NCBI RefSeq assembly: GCF_004010195.1
Contig: NC_057718.1
Span: 78,542,935-78,606,934 of the forward strand
Direction of reading: 5' to 3'
Source: Chiloscyllium plagiosum
Lineage: Eukaryota
DNA length: 64,000 bases
A program made the translations under genes and the position numbers. Below the pieces are notes generated by a model, which was given only the letters and a program-made list of their open reading frames with translations, searched no databases and was not told the origin of the DNA. Shown here one piece after another: positions 1-13,164 of the stretch. The first letter of the stretch is position 1. Every line of letters begins with the position of its first letter.

Positions 1-480
1 TGTTTCATTTTGAATTTCTTTCTTTCTGTGGCATGATTACATTAAATGAGAAAGAATGAATCAGTCACAAGACTTCCTTCTGATTTAAGGCTTAAGTTTT
101 ATCACCATTCGTGAGTAATTGCAAAGGAACATTTGAAACCTGTGGAGTGGAGGAGGTGCAGGTTGGTGCTTGTCTGGGGACAGCCTGCTGGAGGCCACCA
201 GGGATCTAAAATAGTAAATGGTTAAACAGTTAATTGATTAATGTTGTTCTTGCCATTAACATATTGCAATTCCTGTTTAAAACATTTGATGAGTGATTGT
301 TTATTTGGAAGCCATTAGTAATTCTTGAGGGTATTAAGTAAAAAGTTTCTAGTTGTTCCTGTAGATTTATTTTTTATTCCTTTTCATCTTTGGTAAATAC
401 ATAAATCCTCTGTATCCACGAAATCAGGTCTTGCAAATTGACCTATCCACACCAAGAAATAAGTAACAACAAAAGTCAAG

Positions 481-660
481 ATTTGGACTGAGGTGTACAA
501 ATTTAAAAATCACACAACACCAGATTACAGTGCAGCAGGTTTAATTGGAAACACTAGCTTTCAGAGTGCTGCTCCTTCATCAGGTGGTTATAGCGCTCTG
601 AAAGCTAGTGCTTCCAATTAAACCTATTGGACTATGACCTGGTGTTGTATGATTTTTAAC
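481..660 (-). mobile_element. Penelope-like fold-back insert, family A
   Basis: Inverted arms TTAAAAATCACACAACACCAG / CTGGTGTTGTATGATTTTTAA (503-659); same family as 38025 and 56119. Confidence 0.75.
552..586 (-). ncRNA. Minimal hammerhead ribozyme motif (family A)
   Basis: CAC-CUGAUGA-A-GGAG-CAGCA-CUCU-GAAA-GCUA-GUG. Confidence 0.75.
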
Positions 661-1799
661 AAAATTCAACGTCCTCAGGAAAAAAAATCACATTCGTGAT
701 TTTGAATATTCCTTATTCGCAAAGCTTCTTAGTAATGGAACCCTCATAGATAATACGAAGGAATGACTTTGTAATTTAAAGAGTGAATTAAATGCTTCAG
801 TATTTTGTTTTTAGCAAATGCATCTGCTAATGTTTAAATGGTTACCTGATATAATTAAAATTGTTTAAATGGTTACTTTTTAAAATATCCACATTCCTAG
901 TTGCCACAATCGTGGGGTCTACCTACCAAACCCTGGGCCATTAAAATCATTCCATCACCAACTTTCACATGCTTCCTTCCTTCATGCAGTTCTGCTCCCA
1001 TTCATACCTCCTCTGCAGCCATTTTTATTACCACACCACCACCTAATATTGCTTTGCATCAGCATTTTTGTCATCTAGCACCTTGCTCTCTAGCACCATT
1101 TTACTTTATCAAATTTCACTTCCTTTGCTACCCTTCTCATTTTCCCTGTATCAGCTTAAAAGTTGTTTATATCTAAACATCTCTCCAAAATGCTGCCAGA
1201 CCTCCTGCATATTTGTACTTTTTCTGTTTTAACTTCCAGTATCTGCGTTTAGTTTGCTTTGGTTTGAAACTCATTCATTGATGTTAAAATAAATAACACA
1301 AAGGACTGTGACTTCAGTGTAAGCTCTTTGCAAATTAGACCCCTTATAAGGACATTCTGAACCAAAGTTCAGCTGGAAAATTGACCTTTGATTTTATCAT
1401 TTAATCATCCATCTAATCTCAGTGTTGCAATATACCTGTCCAGTGAACTGAATCCTACTGTCTCCATCGTCTTTGTTTAAAAGTGCACATTGTTAATCAG
1501 AGACGTATTTAAGATAAACGAAGAAGAGACAGGCATAACAATCTGGCCACAATGTATCTGGATTTGTTCCCTTATCACACTCTTCTCCAGTCACCCAATT
1601 AACAAATTTTAATTTCTAACATTATTTTCAAGATAGTTTCAGCTTAGCTTTATATTAGCTGAACTCATACAGATATACTGACAATGCCATGTCAAATCAT
1701 TGTACAGAGTTGTTCCCTTCTGTCAAATTTTGAATGGGATATGATGGTAGACAGGATTGATACTCCACATTAGGACATCAGTTGTTAAGTAGTTAATTT

Positions 1800-2100
1800 A
1801 ATAAAGAAAGGCTTACATTTATATAACATCTTTCATGGAGCCATTTATGTGTTACAATGTAGGAAGAATTGACAGCTTTATGAACAACAATGTCCCACAA
1901 ATAGCAATGAGAATTTTCAAAAACGTTGTTTTAAGCACGGTTGAAGAATTAATAATATCTCGGACACTGGGGAGATCACTTCTCTATTTCTTTGAATGGG
2001 GCTGCAGAATTTTTCACATTCAGTTAACAGGTCAAGTGGGGTTATGTATAAATGTGTAATTGGAAAGATGACAAGTTTGACAGTGAAGTTCTAACTAAGG
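1800..2100 (-). mobile_element. Old DeuSINE (SacSINE1/AmnSINE1-like)
   Basis: Degenerate Deu-domain sequence (GGACACTGGGGAGA...GAAAGATGACA...GACAGTG). Confidence 0.6.
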
Positions 2101-2443
2101 ATTGCAATAACGACTGAGAAATTAGGACACAAGAACTAAAATCAAGTAATTTATATACCGAAGCAAGTTGATTTATTTTTCACTTTTACAATATTGGAGT
2201 CACATTTGTTTGTTTACTTCAAGTTTGAAGTAAATTATCTCCATCTTAAATGTGACAGTAGCTTGTCTATTCACTTATTAACAGAATAAACCATTGATTT
2301 GATTTGTTAATTTGTAGACCTTTGCTCTTCAGGCATTTGCTAGAATACAAAACTGCTGATAGTCTGCAGATAAACAGATCTGTGGATACATCCATCCCAT
2401 CAGAAGCTCTTCTATTGAGCTCTGGGGGAAACTCTCCTTTGCA

Positions 2444-2854
2444 ATGGCGGCTTTTGATGATGTTTTAATACAAATTGGAGGTTTTGGACAATATCAAAAG
2501 GTGATTTTCTTTCTGATATATCTGTCATCGATGATGTTCTCCCATTTGTACTTTGGATTTGTTTTTTTAGCAGTTACTCCTGACCATTGGTGCAGGAGTC
2601 CTGGGGTGACTGAGCTGAGAGATAAATGCAACTGGTCTCTGGAACAGGAGAAGAATTATACGTTACCTGTGGGGCAATCTGGCAGCTCCTCATACAGTCA
2701 GTGTGAGACATACGATATTGACTGGAACTCTTCTTCAGGCAGCTGTGAAAATCCACTGCTTTTTGTCCAGAATGGATCCCAAGATCTACCACGTACAACT
2801 TGCCAGGACGGGTGGGTTTTTGAAAATGGCTCATTCCCCAGTATTGTGACCGAG
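2444..2854 (+). CDS. SLC22A2: SLC22A2/OCT2-like organic cation transporter, coding exon 1 (TM1 and large extracellular loop)
   Basis: MAAFDDVL..GGFGQYQK...FLAVTPDHWCRSPGVTEL...CQDGWVF...SIVTE resembles the OCT1/2 N-terminus. GT donor at 2855; 411 nt, phase 0. Confidence 0.93.
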
Positions 2855-2964
2855 GTATGTTTGAATTTTAGTCAGTTATTAAACTTGTCTTAGAGCAGAA
2901 TTCCAAAGCATTATAGTGAAAGAAAGACTATAATTGTAAAATAGTTTTCACAAACGAGAAGTGT

Positions 2965-3200
2965 TTTGCAGCGAGTTAAGGATATTTTAAAGTACAAGTC
3001 ACTTGTAATCTAGGAAACACTGAAGCCAATCTATGCCTAGCTTTTGTCAACAAGGCAACAGCAGTTGATAAGGAACAGTAAAACTGCTTTTGTTAGTGTC
3101 TTCAATTAAGGGATAAATATTTGTCAAAATATTGGGAAACTGCCCTGTTGTTCTTTGAAATACTGAAATAGGCCATTTTTACATCGACCTGAGAAGACAG
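2965..3200 (-). mobile_element. Old DeuSINE (SacSINE1/AmnSINE1-like)
   Basis: GGGATAAATATT...CTTTGAAATA...TTTTACATCGACCTGAGA Deu-domain remnant. Confidence 0.6.
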
Positions 3201-3894
3201 ATTTCCAATACTACAGCTCTTTATCAATACTTACTGTGTGCATCAGCATGGTTTCCTTGTTTGTCTCTGATATGTGATTTCAACGTGCAGACTACTACTT
3301 CAGGGATGAGACCATCAGTGCTTCCCACGGAGTCAGGTGGGATCACTTGAATATTAGGGGACTGGTTTTGGTGATGGGCAGGTGTTTTGCATGGAAAGTT
3401 AATAGACAAGTCCCATAGAGCACACAATTGGATAGATTCTGCATGTGCTGTAACGGTAAAGGTTCAATGGCCTTTTCTTATTTTATGCTTTCTCAGTTCT
3501 CATAAGTACCTTATCAAAACAGAACAATTGTACTTGGAACTAAGGGTTGTCTTTGGGTTGTAGAATATTTAGCATTTAAAACCAAACAATACTGGTATTT
3601 TGATGTTACATCTGAGAGATTTTGTAATATTGTCAAAAAGATGTATAATTTGAACCATTGTATAATGTTGGCCATTGTGGAAAACAACATTAACAATCCT
3701 AAGCTTATGGAAAACTCTGCTGCTTGTATCACAACTTGTGCTAACATTCACTTACTTTTACATTTGAGGATCTACATCGGATCCTGGTCTGGAAATTTAA
3801 AAATTATCAACCTTGTTTTCATATTCCTCTATGGCCTTTCTGTTCCTGATCTTTCTTCCAACCCTGCACTCTTCCATTATCGTTACCTTTAATA

Positions 3895-5795
3895 CTCCCT
3901 AGGATCTATCTTTGGCCTCCTATTTCTCATTTACAAGCTGGCCCTCAGAGATGTTATCCAAAAGCATCCAACATCAATTTCCACATGTACACACACATTA
4001 CCCTGCTCTACCTTACCACTGTGTTATCTGAACCCTCTCCATTGTCAGTAAACTGTCAGACCGCTTGTCTGACATCAAATACTGGGAGAGCAGAAATGCT
4101 CCAAATAAATATTAGGAAGACTGAAGCTAACAAACACAATGTCACTGATTCCATCCCTCTCCCTGATAACTATCTAATACTGAACAAGATTGTTTGTGAC
4201 CTCAGTGTCATAGTTAGCCCCCAAGACAGTCTTTTGATCACATGTCCTCATCATCACCATTTCTAATTCTGAAAAATTGCTTGTCTCGGTCATCTGTTCT
4301 ACTGCTGAAACTCCCATCCATGCCTGTGTTATCTCAAAACTTGACTATTTCATGAACTCTTGGCTGACCTACATTCTGCCATTTGCGAAACTGAGATCTT
4401 CTAAAACTCTGCTCATATCCTAACTCACATCAAATAACTTTCACTCATCAATTCTGTTTATATTTGCTCTCAATTGGTTAAGACCTGTTTTAAAATTCTC
4501 ATCCTTGTTTTACCCTTTAGCATCACTTCTGTATCTTGGATTTCCTCCAGCCCTTCAATGCTCTGAGATATCCGCACTCCTTTTCATTTTCTTCTCTTTT
4601 TGGTTTCTTTTAAGCCTGGAGGGTGGAGGCCTCTGGCAGCAGTGGCAGCAACGCTAGGTACACAGTTTCACCCCCCACCTGGGGTCTCCCAGCGAGTGAG
4701 GAACAGCTCCTAGGCTGAGCCCCCTGGCCTGGACTTACAGGTTAGGCTGTGTCTCCAGGTCCGCAGCTAGACCTGTTTGACTAAAGAAGAAGAAAGACCC
4801 TAAGAGGAGGTCTTCTTTGTCTTCAGTGTCCTGGTATTCCAGTGGCTCAGTGAGCGATCTCATCGCTGAATGGCAGTCTTGTCCTGGCTCTTCTTCAGGA
4901 TATTCTATCATTCCTTAATTGGTTTCCCTGAGCCTCGGAGATGTTAACTGAACTGTGATGAACTTTGTCTTAACTTTACTGTTTTTATCATTGGGTTTGA
5001 CTTCCGTCATTGATTTTGGCACTGTGGTGGGGCAAATTTCACTATATTTTTTGTTTAAAAGTACACATGACAATAAATTTCTATTCTATTGTATTCCTCT
5101 AGACCCAGAGGCATACAGCATGGAAACAGACCCTCAGTCCAACCCATCCATACCGACCAGCTTTCCCAAACTAAACTAGTTTGCCTGCATTTGCCTGTGT
5201 TTGGTCTATATCCCTTTAAACCTTTCCATGTGTTTACCTGTCCAAATGTCTTTCAAATGTAACTGTACCTGCATCTGCCACTTCCTCTGGCAGTTCATTC
5301 CATATATGAACCACTTTGCATGAAAAAGTTGCCCCTCAGGTCCTTTCTAAATCTTTCCCCTCTCATCTTAAACCAATGCCCTCTAGTTTTGAACTCTCCA
5401 TCCTGGGAAAAAGACCTTTGCTATTCCCCTCATGATGTTATAAACCTCTATAAGATCACTCTTCAACCTCCAGGGAATAAAGTCCCAGCCTTTCCAGCCT
5501 CTCCTTTTTACTCACAACACTCCTGTCCTGGTAACATCCTTGCACATCTTTTCTAATTCTGGCCTCTCGAGCAGGCCTGGTTTTAATTGCTCCACATCTG
5601 GTGGTCATGCCTTCAACTGCCAAGGCCATAAGCTCTATTCCCTCTCTTCAACTCTGCCTTTCCACCTTGATTTTAGTTTTTAAGATACTCCCTGAGACCT
5701 ATCAATGTGTCTTAGGGGGTTATACCTTGTTTCCTCTTACCTCTATGACGTGATTTGAGACATTCTATTATTATGGTAAAGGGACCAAATAAATG
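3895..5795 (+). mobile_element. Old L2-like LINE 3' fragment, split by later inserts (about 4600-5555)
   Basis: Degenerate GSIxGxLLF...FHMY RT remnant at about 3900-4010; L2-like tail near 5775-5795. Confidence 0.6.
5097..5555 (-). mobile_element. CR1 LINE 3' fragment
   Basis: Reverse complement of the 3' end seen at 30900-31400. Confidence 0.8.
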
Positions 5796-6068
5796 AAAAT
5801 TGAAACACAGAAAACAAAGAAAGCTAGAAACCTAAAATGGAAACAGAAAATGTTAGATGCTCAGCTCTACCAATATCTGCCAATTAGCATTTCAGGTTGA
5901 TGACCATTCACCAGAAAATTGAACTATCAACCTGAAACATTATTTCTGTTCTTGCCTGACAGATCCTGACTGACATGAATTTTCATTTTTGGTTATGAAT
6001 ACTGTTGTTTTTGTAATATTATCTGTTGGGCTGAATGGCCACTACAGAGTTTTTTTTTCATATATTAT

Positions 6069-6767
6069 AGTTATGACACAGGGTAAACCCATCTGCTAAT
6101 TTAAACCCGACACACAGAAGAGCTCACCTCGCGCCATAATCTGTTAAATTTCAAGAGGCAAAGAACTATCTCAGATCTCACTATTCAAAGTAAAAATTAA
6201 TAATTTTATTCTTTAAGTCCAAAAGAGAACATTAAAACAACAACTATTTACTTTCTCTTAAACCTATTCTTTACCTCCCTAATACTCATCCAATAAAAAG
6301 AAACCTGATAAAGATTTACAAAAACAAATCACGTTTCAAACACCAGCCAGATTTTCCTCTGTAGGTTTTCCTCTGTATTTTCCTTGGTCGTCTTTTCTTC
6401 TGCTGCACAACTTTTCTTATGGACAGGTACCTTTCAGAGAGCTATTCAGCTAGCAGTCTGTACTTGTTGATGCCCTTTGCTGTTCTCCCCCTAACCGTTC
6501 AAAATGTCTGGTTTTATACCCCAAAATATTGGATCATTTCATTGGTTTGGTGCCATCCCAAACAGTAAAATTCAAATTCTTTTGGGTTTTGGTCTCTGGG
6601 GCATAATTTAAACTGATTTGATTTTTTTTGTTCCATGACAATACAGCTATTTGTTTCACCCAAATATTACATTTTTAAATTTTTCAGCACACTCTGTGCT
6701 TTCAGTCAGAACTTGCTAGCTTCCTCTCTCTCTTAAAGGTACAGCGCATACCAACAACTTCATAACA
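6069..6767 (-). repeat. 3' LTR of the Gmr1-type element
   Basis: Direct repeat of 12106-12849; ends CATAACA on +; adjacent PPT (CTTAAGTGGGGAGG on -) at 6768-6781. Confidence 0.9.
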
Positions 6768-7491
6768 CCTCCCCACTTAAGAAAAAAAATGAACCATCAT
6801 GATGAAAAGATGGCTTCATTTTTTTCTCTCTATTCCTTAACCACAGTACCATGACATATATATGACTTTAATCTAAGTTCATATTAATTTCTTCCCACAT
6901 ATATATATATATATATAAAAAACATTGAATAGGTACCAAGCTCATCTCTACTTTATCAGTTAAATCCATGACAATGCATCTGTGATTATATTCTTACAAC
7001 CCGCAACATGTTCGATTTGTTAATTAAAAGTCTGTAACATAAGACTCCAATGAAATAGTCTCATATTCTTGTTTTTAAAGCATTCCAATAATGTAAGAGG
7101 ATTGTGATCCGTGCACACAACTGTCTCCAATACATTGTTTGTGACATACACATTAAAATGTTGTAAGCCAGTACCAAACCCAATAGTTCTTTTTCGATCG
7201 TGGAGTATTCCCTCTGGTGGATGTTGAGTTTTTTCCAAAAGTAACCAACTGGCATTTCAATCCCACCATCATCTTCATGTAGCAGCACAGCTCCAACTCC
7301 TACATCACTAGCATCAATGGCAACTTTGAAGAGAATCGAAACGTTTGGTGTAGCTAAAACTGGTGTAGTGGTTAATATTGCTTTTAAATGGTCGAATGCC
7401 TCCTGGCATTGGTCTATCCAGTGAAACTTTGTTCTTCTTCTGCAAATCAGTTAACAGTGCCACTTCACTGCTGGCACTTGGAACAAACTTC

Positions 7492-7780
7492 CACAGTGGC
7501 TCAGTGGTTAGCACTGCTGCCTCATAGCACCAGGGTCCTAGGTTCAATTCTAGCCTTGGGCGACTGTCTGTGTGGAATTTGCACATTCTCCCCGTGTTTG
7601 CATGGGTTTCCTCCTACAGTCCAAATACGTGCAGGGTAGGTGAATTGGCCATGCTAAATTGCCCATAGTGTTAGGTGTATTAGTCAGAGGGAAATGAGTC
7701 TGGGTGGTTACTCTTCAGATGGTTAGTGTAGCCTGGTTAGGCCAAATGGCCTGTTTCCACACTGTAGGTAATCTAATCTA
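7492..7780 (+). mobile_element. HE1-type tRNA-derived SINE nested in the Gmr1 pol gene
   Basis: A box TGGCTCAGTGG, B box GGTTCAATTC, conserved core, (TAATC)n tail. Confidence 0.9.
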
Positions 7781-10700
7781 GAATCTGTTTAGTCCCAAGA
7801 ATCAAAGCACCTTTTTCTTCGAGGTTGGTCATGGAAATTCCTTGATGGTCTTCCATGACCAATGTTATGTCCCAAGAAGATCACCTTTGCTTTCGCAAAT
7901 TCAGTTTTGTTTAAGTTTACTACCAGTTTTGCTGTTCGGAGTCGTTCAAAGAGCTCTGCCAACTGTACCATATGATCTTTTCAGGGCTTACTAATGAGCA
8001 CTATACCATCCAAATAGACTGCACAGTTTGTAAACCCAGCCACAACTCTGTTCATGAGTCTTTGGAACGTGGCAGGTTCGTTCTTCATTCCAAACACTGT
8101 CACTTTGAATTGATATAGCCCATTTGGGGTTACAAATGCAGAAATTTCTTTCACCATTTCTGATAAAGTACCAGCCAGTAACCACGCAGTAAGTCCAACT
8201 TGGTGATGTAACTGGCTTGTCCAACTTTCTCGATACAGTCCTCCAATCTCGGTACTGGATATGCATCCAATTTTGTAACGGCATTGACCTTCCAATAATC
8301 CATGCAAAATCATTGAGTTCCATCTGATTTGGGAACTAAGATGATTGGAAAACTCCACTCGCTCTGGCTTGGTTTGATGATGTCCTCGTTGAGCATGGCC
8401 TCCACCTCCTTCTGGACCTGTCTGGCCTTGAAAGGATTTAGTCAATAGGAGTGTTGTTTTATCGGAACGGTATTCCCTATGTCTACTTCATTTACAATAG
8501 CATTAGTCCTCCCCATCTGATTCCTAAAAATGTCCTCATACTGCTGGAACAAACCTTTCAACTGCATTATTTGCTGCTGAGACAGATAGTTTACTAACCT
8601 ATCCCACTCCTCAAGGACTTCTTCATCTTTTAACATATTTTAAAGCACATCAAATCTTCAAATCTGGATTTGATTCCTCACTCTGCAGGGCAGTAACTTA
8701 TACCTGTTTCTCCAGTTCTTTCTCACTCGTATTATAAGGTTTCAACATGTTCACATGACATACCCAATACAGTTTTTTTCTATCTGGCATCTTTAGCAGG
8801 TAGTTCACCTGACTCAACTTTTTCTCAATTTGATAAGGACCACTAAACCTGGCTTTTGAAGGGATCTCCTGTCACTAGTAACAGTACTAGCACTGTATCC
8901 CCTCGGGAAAACGTCTGAGTCTCAGAGCTTCTTTCTGCTATCTGCTTCATTCTATGCTGTGCCCTCTTTAGGTGCTGTTTAGCTAACTTGCCTACTCGAT
9001 TTAATCTCTCCGATATATAACCTAAGTGTGAGATCTGTGACTTTGGTCATGTCAATTTCTCTTTAATTCATTTCAAAAGGCCTCTCACTTCATGTCCGAA
9101 TATTAACTCAGAGGAAGTAAACTAAGTAGATTCATTTGGGTCATCTCTAATGGCAAACAATACAAACGGGACACCTTTATCCCAATCATTCGGGTAATCT
9201 TGACAGTATGCTCTCAACATGGTCTTCGAGGTCTGATGTCACCTTTCTAAAGCTCACTAGGATTCAGAATAATATGCACTGGATTTAAAGTGCTATATAC
9301 CTAAACTATCCATGACCTCCTTAAACAGCCTAACAGTAAAATTAGGCCCCTGGTCCTACTGAATCTCTCTGGGTAGCCCATGCCACATGCAGAAAGCTAC
9401 TAACTCCTCTATCACCCTTTTTGTTTTAATACTCCGTAATGAAATTGCCTCTGGAGATCTGGTAAACACATCCATTAAGGTTAACAAGTACTGGTTCCCA
9501 CTTTCAGTTCTCAGGAGGGAACCTACACAATCAATTATAACCTGCGTGAAAGGTTCTTTGAATGCCGGAATTGGCAACAAAGATGCTGGTTTACCTACCA
9601 TTTGGCATGTATAACACGTACAGCAAAAGTTAATGCGTTGTGCATTCCAGGCCAATAAAAATGTTATAGTACCATTGCCTGAGTCTTTCGTGCCCCTAGA
9701 TGACCACCTACAGGTAGTTCATGTGCTACCCATAACACTTCCTGTCTGTATGCTACCGGCAATGCAATCTGGTGCATTTTGGCCCATTTCTCCTCTGCAC
9801 TAACCTGCCGTGGTCTCCATTTTTGTCTTAGGATTCTATCTTTCAGATAATAACCTTGAGGAATATTCTCTGCCTCCTTTTTGGAGTACGCATCCTCATA
9901 TATATCTTTTATCATCTTGTTTTGCTGTCGCAAGTCCCTCAGCCTTTCCGGACTAAACACTTCTACCTGACCCACTGCCTGTTCAGGTTTTTCCTGCACC
10001 ATTACGTCAAACTAACTGAGCCTCAACTCCTTCATCTTTCTCTGTAGTTTTTGCTTCATGCTGTGACATATGATAGTGGGATCTTGTTACTACACAGTCT
10101 GGAAAAATATCAGGATATTTTTCTTTTAACTCCTCAGTTTCCTGGTCTTCCTTGGGCTTCTCCACAACTAGGGGTGTCGCTCCCACCTTGGACCCTGCTT
10201 AATCATTCCCAAGAACAAACTGGATTCCTGGAACTGACACTCTGTCAATCATTCCCACTGTTACTTCCCCAATCTTGAGGTGGCACTCTAACCTGATCTT
10301 ACATAGGTGAACGCTAAATTTCTGTTCATCTGTCCCACAAATTACCACACACTCAAGTAACAGATCAGAAAGAGTGCAAATTTGCTCATCTCTTACTATT
10401 AGACATTGCTTAGATCCTGTATCTCTCAAAATGATAACTTCTTGCCCTTCTCTCCCTGTTCTTTCTGAGTAAATTTTACCCACAGAGGCAAATTCTTTAC
10501 AGTGATGAGGAACTAACTCCATTCTCGGCCCCTGCCTAAGCTGTGCACTCTCGTGCAGCTCCTTGGCTCTTCTTGGGGGTTTCCTTTACTACTTTCACTA
10601 ATGCCACTGGCTTAGCTTCTTTTACCACGTCTTTTCCCACAGTGCCTTTCTTTAACCACCCGCACTGTGACTTTACGTGTCCCACTTTACCATAGTGGAA

Positions 10701-12082
10701 ACACCTGAGGCCTTTCACCTCCTTTCCACCCTCTTGGGCTTCTTTTTTAACCTGTGATAGATACTTACCAGTGTTCTCTACTCTTTGTTTCATAGTACAG
10801 GATCTCCCCTTCTCCCAACTTCTATTCCTCACAGACAAAATTCTAGCTGGAAGCTTCTCTTATGCACCAACATCGATTCACCTGCTAATTCTGCTGCTCT
10901 CCTCCCTTCCTGAACTTTTTGTTCATCCACGTGAATTCTTACCAATTCTGGAAGTGAGTTTTTTTAACTCTTCTAGCAGAATCATCTCTCTTAGAGCCTC
11001 ATAGGTCTTATCTACCTTTAAGGCCCGCACCTATCTATCAAAATGACTCTGGTTAATTCTCTCAAACTCAACATAGGTCTGACCTGGTTGCTTCTTTATG
11101 TTTATGAACCGCTGTCTATATACTTCTGGTACCAATTCATAAACACTTAAAATAGCCTGTTTGACCTCTTCGTAATCTCTTGACCCCTTATCTGACAGCA
11201 TGGAAAATACCTCACTAGATCTGCCTACCAGTTCAGTCTGAACTAGCATTACCCATAAATCCTCAGACCACCCCATCTGCCTAGCCAATTTTTCAAATGA
11301 AACAACGAAGCCTTTGACATCTTTCTCATCAAAACGTGGCAGAGTTTTGACATGTTTGTATATATCATTATCTTTTCTTTTAATCTCCATCTTGTTAACT
11401 TGACTTTGCTGACTAAGTCACAACTTCTTAATTTCAAATTCTCTCTTTTTCTCTTTCCCTTTCTTCTCTCTCTTTCTCTTACTCTTTGCTCAGCTAAGTG
11501 CCCTCTCTCTTTTTTTCCCCTCTCTCTTCTCTCGCTCCTTCTTTCTCTCTTTGCTTAGCTAAGAACTTCCTCTGTCTTTCTTTCTCCTCTCTTCTGTCTC
11601 TTTCTCTCTCATCGCTCTTTCTCTTTCTCTTTCCCTCTGTCTTTCCTCTCTCTCTTTGTTTATTTTCTAACTCCATTTTCCTCAATTATAATTTAAGTTT
11701 TTCTAACTCTACTGGACTTGTCTGTTTCTCTGACACACCTAAATGTTTGAATAATTCCCTTACAATTTCAGCTTTACTTTGGTCCTTGGTTAAACCCAAT
11801 TCTAACCTCTTTGCTAATTCTAAGAGTATGGTCTTTTCTTTCTAAACTTCCTTGGCAAATTTGGGAATCACCAGAGTCTCTTTAGCAATTTTAAGAGCCA
11901 TTTCTCACTTTTAATTTAACCAACCACAAGTAACCAAAATTAAACAAATTGTCTCATCTACGTTTTATTTAAAGATCTAGGACGCTAATCTGCAAGTGTT
12001 CAAATCTACTGAGCTTTCTTCGTATACCAAATCTAACCAAATCTGTCCAAGTCTCATGCTGGATCAGTCTAAACCTGTACAA

Positions 12083-12102
12083 ATCATGGACGAGAGCCCC
12101 CA
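12083..12102 (-). promoter_or_regulatory. Primer binding site, tRNA-Pro type (decayed)
   Basis: Minus strand reads TGGGGGCTCTCGTCCATGAT versus the tRNA-Pro complement TGGGGGCTCGTCCGGGAT, 3 nt inside the 5' LTR. Confidence 0.8.
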
Positions 12103-12105
12103 AAC

Positions 12106-12849
12106 TGTTACAACATGGGGTAAATCCCTCTGCTAATTTAAACCCGACACACAGAGAAACACATCTCGCCTCGTAACCTGTTAAATTTCAAGAGGCAAAG
12201 AAGTATCTCAGATCTCACTTTTTAAAGTAAAAATTAACAATTTATATTCTTTAAGTCAAAAAAGAGAATGTTAAAACAACAACTATTTACAACTCCTTTC
12301 TCTTAAACCCTATCCTTTACCTCCCACTCTACAATACTGGTCCGATTAAAAAAAAGTTTGATTAAGATTGACAAAAAAATCACATTTCAAAAGCCAGCCA
12401 GCTGTCAATTCTCCTTTGTAGATTTTTCTCTGTATTTTCCTGGGTCGTCTTTTCTTTGGTCTTCTGCTGCACAAGTTTTCTTTTGGACAGGTACCTTTCA
12501 GAGAGCCATTCAGCCAGCAGTCTGTACTTGTTGGTGATCTTTGCTGTTCTCCCCCTAACTGTTAAAAATGTCTGGGTTAATATCCCAAAACATTGGATCA
12601 TTTCATTGGTTTGATGTCATCACAAACAGTAAAATTAACTTGCTTTTGGATTTTGGTCTCTGGAGCATAATTTAAACTGATTGGCCAAATATGGATTTGT
12701 TCTTGTACCATGGCAACACAGCACCAGCTATTTGTGTCAAATAAATGTTACATTTTTAAATGATTCAGCACACTCTTGTGCTTTCAGTCAGTCCTTGCCA
12801 GGTTCCTCTCTCTCTTAAAGGTACTGCACATACCTACACCTTCATAACA
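12106..12849 (-). repeat. 5' LTR of the Gmr1-type element
   Basis: TGTTA...TAACA termini; direct repeat of 6069-6767. Confidence 0.9.
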
Positions 12850-12972
12850 ATAATATGAATTAACTTTAATTTAATAGTTCTGTGCATAATGTAGAAGTTA
12901 AATTCAAAAGGCAGAGTAAAATACTTGTCTGTTTTCAATAACTTCATTTGCGTGACTCCACAATTTGTACAG

Positions 12973-13076
12973 TTTGAACTGGTGTGTGCTGATGCCTGGA
13001 AAGTGGATCTGACTCAAGCTTGTCTAAACGTGGGATTTATGTTTGGAACGATGATCATGGGCTATGCAGCAGACAT
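12973..13076 (+). CDS. SLC22A2: SLC22A2-like exon 2
   Basis: AG at 12971-72; FELVCADAWKVDLTQACLNVGFMFGTMIMGYAAD; GT at 13077; 104 nt, frame continuous with neighbouring exons. Confidence 0.93.
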
Positions 13077-13164
13077 GTATGTATCATCCTAAATTTAATT
13101 CTGATTTAAAAATCTGGATACTAATATAATTTTATTTTTATTTCTTAAAATTATTTTGTTGCAG

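Larger units (their letters stand above)
6069..12849 (-). mobile_element. Complete, decayed Gmr1-type Ty3/gypsy LTR retrotransposon (gag-PR-IN-RT-RH)
   Basis: Two LTRs, PBS and PPT. Fragmented ORFs: Gag capsid (LPRFDEKDV..FEKLA..YELVPEVYRQRF), knuckle CFHYGKVGHVKSQC, protease LRDTG (about 10430), integrase HHCC and core (about 9750-8800), RT (AVYLDG, about 8500-7800), RNase H (TDHNPL, about 7330-6970). Confidence 0.92.

Noticed and set aside
229..242. HNF1-like site GTTAATTGATTAAT (and a partial one near 2306)
   Set aside because: Spacing deviates from the 13-bp consensus and such motifs arise often in AT-rich DNA.
6061..6068. Target-site duplication of the Gmr1 element
   Set aside because: Left flank TTAT and right flank ATAA do not match as a direct repeat, and the left terminal base is mutated.
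11440..11690. CT-rich low-complexity tract as an independent microsatellite
   Set aside because: It is the antisense of the E/R/K-rich coiled-coil region of the Gmr1 gag.
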